This document shows, one piece after another, positions 26,159 to 32,000 of a DNA stretch of 32,000 nucleotides (positions within the stretch are counted from its first letter, which is position 1; every line of letters starts with the position of its first letter). Made by a program: the position numbers and the translations under genes. The stretch lies in contig NZ_CP089977.1 of assembly GCF_025643275.1 (NCBI RefSeq), forward strand, positions 600,001-632,000, written 5' to 3'. The notes under the pieces are model-generated. The model did not search any database, had not been told where the DNA came from, and saw only the letters and a program-made list of their open reading frames with translations. This DNA comes from Moraxella nasicaprae. Its GTDB lineage: Bacteria > Pseudomonadota > Gammaproteobacteria > Pseudomonadales > Moraxellaceae.

Positions 26159-27238
26159 ATGACCACAATGAAAGCAATGACTTATTATGGCGAAAACGAC
26201 ATTCGTTTTGAAGACCGTCCAAAGCCTATCATCATTGACCCCACCGATGCGATTATCAAAATGACCAAAACCACCATTTGCGGTACAGATTTGGGCATTT
26301 GGAAAGGTAAAAATCCCGAGATTGAAGAAGTTGCTCGTCAAAAAACAGGGCAATGGAACGGTCGCATTCTAGGACACGAAGGTATTGGTATTGTTGAAGA
26401 AGTTGGCTCATCGGTCAAAAATTTCAAAAAAGGCGATAAGGTCATCATCTCTTGTATCAGCCGTTGTGGTTCGTGCGAAAATTGCCAAAAACAATTGTAC
26501 TCTCATTGCCGTCAAGGCGGTGGCTGGATTATGGGCTATATGATTGACGGCACACAGGCTGAATATGTGCGTACGCCTTTTGCTGACAATTCCTTGTATC
26601 TGTTGCCAGAGGGACTAAATACCGATGTGGCGGTGTTTTTGTCGGACGCATTGCCCACAGGACACGAGATTGGCATTCAGTATGGCGATGTCAAACCTGG
26701 GGACACCATTGCCATTGTCGGTGCAGGCCCTGTCGGCATGGGCTGTCTTTTGACTGGGCAACTCTACTCACCTGCAACGATTATCGTCATTGATATGGAC
26801 GACAACCGCCTAGAAATGGCTCGTCAAATGGGGGCAACTCATACCATCAATCCAAGCTCTGAAGATGTCATTGAAAAGGTAATGCAAATTACCGATGGTC
26901 GTGGTGTGGATACTGCCATTGAGGCGGTGGGCGTGCCTGCAACTTGGGATATTTGCCAAAAAATCGTCAAAGAAGGGCAAAACATTGCGGTGGTGGGCGT
27001 ACATGGTCAGGCAGTCAATCTGGAACTGAACAAGCTGTGGATTAAAAACCTAAAAATCACCACAGGGCTTGTCAATGCCAACACCACAGGCATGCTCTTA
27101 AAGGCATGTGAATGCAGTAAATTGCCAATGGATAAACTTGCCACGCACCATTTTAAATTCAGCGAGATGGAAAAGGCTTATGATGTCTTTAAACACGCCT
27201 CTGAAAATAAAGCGATGAAAGTGGTTGTTGAATACTGA
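26159..27238 (+). CDS. Zn-dependent medium-chain alcohol dehydrogenase (NAD(P)-dependent)
   Basis: The track ORF is trimmed to ATG 26159, which has AGGAG 6 nt upstream. It has the catalytic Zn region GHEGIGIVEEVG, a structural Zn loop CGSCENCQKQLYSHC (C-x2-C-x2-C-x7-C) and the Rossmann motif GAGPVGMG. Confidence 0.9.
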   Translation: MTTMKAMTYYGENDIRFEDRPKPIIIDPTDAIIKMTKTTICGTDLGIWKGKNPEIEEVARQKTGQWNGRILGHEGIGIVEEVGSSVKNFKKGDKVIISCISRCGSCENCQKQLYSHCRQGGGWIMGYMIDGTQAEYVRTPFADNSLYLLPEGLNTDVAVFLSDALPTGHEIGIQYGDVKPGDTIAIVGAGPVGMGCLLTGQLYSPATIIVIDMDDNRLEMARQMGATHTINPSSEDVIEKVMQITDGRGVDTAIEAVGVPATWDICQKIVKEGQNIAVVGVHGQAVNLELNKLWIKNLKITTGLVNANTTGMLLKACECSKLPMDKLATHHFKFSEMEKAYDVFKHASENKAMKVVVEY

Positions 27239-27253
27239 TACCAACAGCTTACC

Positions 27254-27288
27254 TCGCCCATGCTTGAATTGGTATGGGCGATTTTTAT
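27254..27288 (+). terminator. Rho-independent terminator after the alcohol dehydrogenase gene
   Basis: TCGCCCAT-N12-ATGGGCGA is followed by TTTTTATT. Confidence 0.8.
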
Positions 27289-27475
27289 TAACCAAACCAA
27301 ACAATCTGACAAACCAACATCAGTCCCATCACGCCCACTACCGCACTCACTTGGCATCGCCAACAAATGGGTGTTTTCTCCATCATTTCATCATTAAAAA
27401 TCAAGTTAATTCAACCATAAAGTGCACCCTTGCTACACTTAATTACTAAGAAATACTAGCAATTTTATGGCAAAC

Positions 27476-27484
27476 TGGTAAAAT
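27476..27484 (+). promoter_or_regulatory. Candidate extended -10 promoter (TGgTAAAAT) for mrcA
   Basis: This is a motif match 34 nt upstream of the mrcA ATG. Confidence 0.3.
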
Positions 27485-27517
27485 AGTGAGTATATCTGAA
27501 ATAATTAAGATGATTTT

Positions 27518-29902
27518 ATGTCTGATAAAACCTTTACCGCATCATTGCTGTCAATTTTATTAAAAATTCTACTGGCAATTTTTGCATTGATTCTGATTTT
27601 ACTATTGGCGTTTCCGATTGGTTTTTATGGTATGGCGATGTACCTTGAACCAACCCTGCCTGATGTCAAAAACATCAACAAAACCGAACTTGAAATGCCG
27701 CTGCAAATCTACACTGCCGACAACAAACTCATCGGGCAGTACGGCAATCGCTATTCGTTGCCTGTAACCCGTGCAGAGATTCCACAACATCTGATTCACG
27801 CATTTTTGGCAGCAGAAGACTCATCATTTTTTGAGCATAGCGGTATTAGTGTTAAAGGCTTAGGTCGTGCTTTGACCGAAGTCATCACTGACGATGACTC
27901 TCAAACAGGTGGCTCGACCATCACCATGCAGGTGGCAAAAAACTATTTTCTAAGTTCTGAGCGTACCATTGACCGTAAGCTGACCGAATTGTTCATCGCT
28001 CGTAAAATCGAAGACGAGCTGACCAAAGATGAAATTTTAACCCTATATGTCAATAAAATCTATCTGGGCGAAGGTACTTACGGGGTGCAGGCAGCGGCTC
28101 GCCGCTATTATAGCAAGACATTAAATGACCTAACCATTGGCGAGATGGCAATGATTGCAGGCTTGCCAAAAGCTCCTTCCAAATACAATCCTGTCATCAA
28201 TCCAGAGCGAGCCTTAGAACGCCGTGACTGGATTATTGGGCGAATGCTCAAAGAAGGCTACATCACGCAAGCAGAGCATGACGCTGCCATTGCCGAACCC
28301 ATCGGTCTAAAACCTTATACCGAACAGCTTGATTTGAACATGCCTTATGTGGCAGAGATGGCAAGAAACTCTTTGGTTGAGCAGTATGGCGATCGAGTGA
28401 TGGATTCCGGCTGGCGTGTGCAGCTAACCATTGATAGTCAATCACAACTAGATGCTGATGCGGCATTGGTGGGCGGTTTGCGTAGTTACGACCGCCGTCA
28501 TGGCTGGCGTGGCGTGGAGGCTGAGTCAGGCGAATTGGCAGGTCGTAAGAATTTTGATAACATTTATCCTGCCAAAGTCACCAAAGTGCACAACAACAGC
28601 TTTGAAGCAGAGCTTCAATCAGGTGATAAAGTAACCATTCCTTGGTCTGGCATGAACTGGGCTCGTCGCTATTATAGTGCCAACCGTGTTGGTGGTGGTT
28701 ATAGCAACGCCCATCAAATGGTCAAAGTGGGCAATATCGTACGAATCTCTCCACTAAACGAAGCCAAAACTGCTTGGAAGATGGAATCCATTCCAAAAGT
28801 ACAAGGTGCATTAGTTTCTCTTGACCCTGAGAATGGGGCATTGCGTGCCGTTGTGGGTGGTTTCCACTTCAACCACAGTAAATTTAACCGTGCCATTCAA
28901 GGCTATCGTCAGCCTGGCTCAACCATCAAGCCATTTGTCTTTGCAGCAGCCTTAGAAACAGGTAAACACACGCCTGACAGCTTGGTTTCAGACGCTGCCA
29001 TTCGTATTGGTAGCTGGCGACCAAAAAATGCTGATGGTCGCTACACAGGCAACATGACGCTACGCCGTGCATTGGCATTGTCTCGTAACACGCCTGCGAT
29101 TCGTCTGCTTCGCTCTGCTGGTCTTGATGAGACTCGCCAACTGATGAATATGATGGGTGGTCTGGAAATGGATCGTATGCCATCAACGCTGGCACTGGCA
29201 CTAGGTGCAGCAGATGTTACACCACTACAAATGGCAACAGGCTTTGCCACCATCGCCAATGGCGGTCATCGCATTCAGCCTTATTTTGTTGAACGCATTT
29301 ATAACTTTGCCAATGATGTGGTTTATCAAGCCAACCCTGTACAAGCATGTGCTGCCTGCTTTAATGAAGAGCTTGAAAAAACCAATCAAAAACTGCTTGA
29401 TGACTTTACCAAAGCAAAAGAGCAGGCTAAGACTGACGCTCAGGATGCACCTGCACCACAAGCAGGTACAGCTGCGGCTGACCGTCTAAATCCAAAATCC
29501 GCACCACAATATGTGGCTGCCAAACAAGCACCTCGCATCATCTCACAAGAGACCGCTTACAACATCTCTAATATGATGCGAGAAGTCATCACCAGCGGTA
29601 CGGGTAAAAAAGCCCGTGCTGTTGGTCGTGGCGATGTAGGCGGTAAAACAGGGACAACCAACCTTGCCAAAGATGCTTGGTTTGCAGGCTTCCACCCAAC
29701 CAATGTCGCCATCGTCTGGGTTGGTTTTGACACACCATCGCCATTAGGTGCCAAAGAGTACGGTGGTGTTGCTGCCCTACCAATTTGGGTAAACTTCATG
29801 CGTAAAGAACTCAGTGGTACACCAATTCAATGGGTCAGCAAAGAAGACCGTTCAAAAGCCACGAAGACCACACAGCAGGTCATCGAACTTAAAGACAACT
29901 AA
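27518..29902 (+). CDS. mrcA: Penicillin-binding protein 1A (bifunctional glycosyltransferase/transpeptidase)
   Basis: 794 aa with an N-terminal TM anchor. GT51 motifs are EDSSFFEHSGIS and GGSTITMQ. The transpeptidase motifs are STIKP (SxxK), SRN and KTGTT. An inserted domain lies between the GT and TP modules, as in class A PBP1a. Confidence 0.97.
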   Translation: MSDKTFTASLLSILLKILLAIFALILILLLAFPIGFYGMAMYLEPTLPDVKNINKTELEMPLQIYTADNKLIGQYGNRYSLPVTRAEIPQHLIHAFLAAEDSSFFEHSGISVKGLGRALTEVITDDDSQTGGSTITMQVAKNYFLSSERTIDRKLTELFIARKIEDELTKDEILTLYVNKIYLGEGTYGVQAAARRYYSKTLNDLTIGEMAMIAGLPKAPSKYNPVINPERALERRDWIIGRMLKEGYITQAEHDAAIAEPIGLKPYTEQLDLNMPYVAEMARNSLVEQYGDRVMDSGWRVQLTIDSQSQLDADAALVGGLRSYDRRHGWRGVEAESGELAGRKNFDNIYPAKVTKVHNNSFEAELQSGDKVTIPWSGMNWARRYYSANRVGGGYSNAHQMVKVGNIVRISPLNEAKTAWKMESIPKVQGALVSLDPENGALRAVVGGFHFNHSKFNRAIQGYRQPGSTIKPFVFAAALETGKHTPDSLVSDAAIRIGSWRPKNADGRYTGNMTLRRALALSRNTPAIRLLRSAGLDETRQLMNMMGGLEMDRMPSTLALALGAADVTPLQMATGFATIANGGHRIQPYFVERIYNFANDVVYQANPVQACAACFNEELEKTNQKLLDDFTKAKEQAKTDAQDAPAPQAGTAAADRLNPKSAPQYVAAKQAPRIISQETAYNISNMMREVITSGTGKKARAVGRGDVGGKTGTTNLAKDAWFAGFHPTNVAIVWVGFDTPSPLGAKEYGGVAALPIWVNFMRKELSGTPIQWVSKEDRSKATKTTQQVIELKDN

Positions 29903-29913
29903 CCCAAATCAAT

Positions 29914-29950
29914 AAAATCCCCTCGTTGCTCAACAAGGGGATTTTTTATT
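29914..29950 (+). terminator. Rho-independent terminator after mrcA
   Basis: AAAATCCCCT-N11-AGGGGATTTT is followed by TTATT. Confidence 0.85.
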
Positions 29951-29965
29951 GTCAAAATTGTCAAA
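29948..29965. repeat. Tandem 9-bp direct repeat ATTGTCAAA x2, with two further degenerate copies nearby
   Basis: ATTGTCAAA occurs at 29948-29956 and 29957-29965. AATGTCAAA occurs at 29977-29985 and TTTGTCAAT at 30023-30031. All are read directly from the sequence. Confidence 0.6.
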
Positions 29966-30191
29966 TTCATCTGCTTAATGTCAAATCATATATCCAATAA
30001 AAACACCAAAAAACCAAGCCTTTTTGTCAATGATGGTGCATGATGGATTTATTAGCGTCATCAAATATCTACATTTTTGTTCGATGATAAGATTGTTTAT
30101 TATCCCCTTATTTTTATACTTTTCACAGTAATACCAATTCACATCATTCATCAATAGCAGCACAAATCATCCCCATCTTATAAGAGTGCAT

Positions 30192-30224
30192 AAAAAAACC
30201 GCTACCCAAACTGACGGTAGCGGT
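30192..30224 (-). terminator. Rho-independent terminator after the RnfH-family gene
   Basis: ACCGCTACC-N9-GGTAGCGGT is a 9-bp stem. The minus-strand tail is U7 (rc of the A-run at 30192-30198). Confidence 0.85.
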
Positions 30225-30258
30225 TTATTTGACAAAATCGTAAGAAAATCAACTCCAA

Positions 30259-30633
30259 CTATGCTGTTCGTTTTCGCTTATGCGAACGCTCAGCGGCCTG
30301 TTGTTTGGCTTTAAGTTTGGATTTTGCTTGCCTTTGGCTCATCGGATCTGCGGACAAAGACCGATAAATCTCAATACGGTCGCCATCTTTTAGTGATTCA
30401 TCAAGCCGTTTTTTGACAGAATATACGCCCACATACCACGCACGATGGTTGGGGTCGCTGTACTGATTGTCTTGGCACCATTGACCAAATTCTGCCAATT
30501 CTGGCATCGCAAGCCAGCCACCATCTTGCAATGCTTGCAAAATGGTAGTGCCTTGCTCCACTTGGTATTCAGCGTATTTTTGCGTATCTTGCCCAGCATA
30601 AACCACAGCAATGTTGATGGGATTTATAGCCAT
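30259..30633 (-). CDS. RnfH-family (UPF0125, ubiquitin-like fold) protein with basic C-terminal tail
   Basis: 124 aa. The pattern INIAVVYA......Y...V..GTT...AL....VGVYS.K..L...LKDGDRIEIYRSL..DP matches my recollection of E. coli RatB/YfjF. There is an extra Lys/Arg-rich tail, RQAKSKLKAKQQAAERSHKRKRTA. The ATG overlaps the upstream gene by 10 nt. Confidence 0.88.
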   Translation of the reverse strand: MAINPINIAVVYAGQDTQKYAEYQVEQGTTILQALQDGGWLAMPELAEFGQWCQDNQYSDPNHRAWYVGVYSVKKRLDESLKDGDRIEIYRSLSADPMSQRQAKSKLKAKQQAAERSHKRKRTA

Positions 30634-31700
30634 TCTAGCACCAAGCCCACCAATGCCATCAGTACCGCCACAGGCACAATGATTCGCACCAAGACACGCC
30701 AGATATTGTAACGCAGCTCACTGGCAAAATTGAAAGTCTTACGCAAATGGCTGATTTTCATCACAAAACCTGCAAAAATCGCCAACAATAACACCGCCAA
30801 TAAAGCAACAACGGCAATCAACTGCGACATCACCGCTGTCGGCAACAAACTTGCCAACATCGCCAAAATCACAGTCAGACCTCCGCCAACCAAGACACCC
30901 AAACGAGCAATCAACTGACTGCCAGCATAATACAATAAAAATGCCACCACCAGCAACATGCCCAAACCGCTAACCACAAAAGACCATGCGTCAATCAAAG
31001 AACTACTGACCAACAATGCCAACGCCCCAAAAGCCAGCTGCGTCAGCCAAATGGGCAAAATCAATCCTGATAGTGATTTTTTAAGCTGCATACTTTGATT
31101 GGAGATACCCACCGTGCCAAACCAATATAGTCCACTGCCCACACCGACACACAGCAACGCCAATACAACCGCTTTTGCCCATTCGCCAAGACTAACTTCG
31201 CTCATGGCAGGAATTGTCACCCCACCCAGCAAAGCAATTACTGCACCCGCAACCAGCAGTAGCAAGCCAACAGGCAATAATCGTGATTTTAATAAACTTA
31301 AAATCAACACCACCACCATCACACCAGCCGACAAGCCAATGCTAGGAATCTGCACGCTTTTACCAAACTCTGCCAAATGCCCATCGGTCAAAGCAAAAGC
31401 AATGCGACTGCTCACACTTCCTGCAATCAGTAATGATATCAATACCGATAGTACAGCAAAAATTCGCCAAATCACCCCAGCATCAGCTTCACGAGTCAGT
31501 TTTTGCATGCCATGCCAAGGAGCGTCTGCTGAACGAGCGGACAATGCCACTTCGGCAAACAATACAGGCAAGCCCACAAACATTGCCCCAAGCCACAACA
31601 ACCAAAAATCCAGTTGGTGTGCCATGCTCGGTGCAATCAATCCTGTCAATAGCAAAGGCAATGCCCCAGCAATCAAAAAGACCAAATAACGGTGTGTCAT
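30624..31700 (-). CDS. Hypothetical polytopic inner-membrane protein (about 11 TM; faint resemblance to Na+-dependent NSS/SLC6-like transporters)
   Basis: The track ORF starts at TTG 31712; the ATG at 31700 has GGTGA 6 nt upstream. It is hydrophobic throughout. GLPVLFAEVAL and the C-terminal RYNIWRVLVRIIVP recall NSS-family segments, but the canonical N-terminal GLGN motif is absent. The family assignment is weak. Confidence 0.7.
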   Translation of the reverse strand: MTHRYLVFLIAGALPLLLTGLIAPSMAHQLDFWLLWLGAMFVGLPVLFAEVALSARSADAPWHGMQKLTREADAGVIWRIFAVLSVLISLLIAGSVSSRIAFALTDGHLAEFGKSVQIPSIGLSAGVMVVVLILSLLKSRLLPVGLLLLVAGAVIALLGGVTIPAMSEVSLGEWAKAVVLALLCVGVGSGLYWFGTVGISNQSMQLKKSLSGLILPIWLTQLAFGALALLVSSSLIDAWSFVVSGLGMLLVVAFLLYYAGSQLIARLGVLVGGGLTVILAMLASLLPTAVMSQLIAVVALLAVLLLAIFAGFVMKISHLRKTFNFASELRYNIWRVLVRIIVPVAVLMALVGLVLEWL

Positions 31701-31731
31701 TTTTTTCACCAATCAATTAAAAATAAAGATT

Positions 31732-31740
31732 ATTGTAACA
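31732..31740 (-). promoter_or_regulatory. Candidate extended -10 promoter (TGtTACAAT) for the membrane-protein/RnfH pair
   Basis: The rc of 31732-31740 reads TGTTACAAT. It lies about 30 nt upstream of the ATG at 31700 and just downstream of the cytochrome gene terminator. Confidence 0.35.
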
Positions 31741-31770
31741 CAAAGCCCCATAAAGCAAAATAAAGCCAAG

Positions 31771-31800
31771 AAAAAAGCCCCCAACTGGGAGCTTTTTTTG
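31771..31800. terminator. Hairpin terminator after the cytochrome c gene
   Basis: AAAAAAGCCCC-caact-GGG(A)GCTTTTTTT has one bulge. The minus-strand tail is UUUUUUCUU. Confidence 0.7.
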
Positions 31801-31809
31801 CACATCAAA

Positions 31810-32000
31810 TCAATGCACGGCTGATAGATATTCAGACAGAATCTTGATGTCACGGTCTGATAGACGAGAAGCAACCATCTGCATCATGCCTTTTTCGCCT
31901 TTTTTGGCAGCGTCATTGGTACGCACTTCCATATCAGAACCAACTTCATCTTCACGACCTGCGGCACGGAATAGTTTTAGCTGAGTTGCCAAATATGATG
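31810..32000 (-). CDS. c-type cytochrome (class I, c4/c5-like), C-terminal part only; gene continues past the right edge
   Basis: The frame stays open to the window edge upstream of the track's TTG. The tail ...KGEKGMMQMVASRLSDRDIKILSEYLSAVH matches the usual Met-ligand region plus the 'LSD.DI..L..Y' C-terminal helix of class I cytochromes c. The CxxCH motif is not in the visible part, so the call is tentative. Confidence 0.5.
   Translation of the reverse strand, partial: SYLATQLKLFRAAGREDEVGSDMEVRTNDAAKKGEKGMMQMVASRLSDRDIKILSEYLSAVH

Noticed and set aside
30030-30131. 33-codon hydrophobic ORF MMVHDGFISVIKYLHFCSMIRLFIIPLFLYFSQ on the plus strand, considered as a possible type I toxin, and the 60-aa minus-strand ORF 29981..30163
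   Set aside because: Neither has an SD or a promoter, and both lie in very AT-rich DNA where such ORFs arise by chance. Without conservation or expression data I cannot support either.
31099-31689. 196-aa plus-strand ORF (and 31433..31720, 30730..30918) inside the 11-TM membrane gene
   Set aside because: It is antisense to a strongly hydrophobic, well-behaved CDS. The translation is low-complexity and Thr/Pro/Ala/Asn-rich, with no start context. This is typical shadow-ORF behaviour.

Overview
The window reads as a chromosomal, mostly housekeeping segment of a moderately AT-rich gammaproteobacterium. Gene content and the protein sequences suggest Moraxellaceae (Moraxella-like), but I could not verify this by search. 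I support 29 protein-coding genes. From left to right they are: a CarO-like porin (partial); comF-pilV-pilW-pilX; pldA; a DUF3465 lipoprotein; ruvB; a small secreted protein; hemB; maeB; cca, an FolM/PTR1-like SDR and a small membrane protein; a PuuP-like permease; a TetR regulator divergent from an acyl-CoA desaturase; selO; ccoS plus a His-tailed DsbD_2/TauE-like membrane protein; gdhA; a membrane-anchored C13 peptidase; htpG; a 250-aa internally duplicated membrane protein; a Zn alcohol dehydrogenase; mrcA (PBP1A); an 11-TM membrane protein translationally coupled to an RnfH-family protein; and the 3' end of a c-type cytochrome gene. Most transcription units end in clear rho-independent hairpins. 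I found no tRNA, rRNA, CRISPR array, transposase, integrase or recognisable defence or toxin-antitoxin module, so I see no convincing large novel system here. The items most worth follow-up are listed below.
- An AT-rich about 1.1-kb islet encodes an uncharacterised 4-TM protein with an internal P[IL]YGARVGYK duplication.
- RnfH is coupled to a polytopic membrane protein rather than to RatA.
- The polytopic C13 (legumain/caspase-fold) peptidase has no known function.
- comF is fused by overlaps onto a truncated minor-pilin operon that starts right behind the pldA terminator.
- ccoS is an orphan paired with a His-rich-tailed membrane protein.
- The CCA-adding enzyme appears to have lost its HD motif.
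All functional calls rest on motif recognition and my recollection of homologues, not on database searches.
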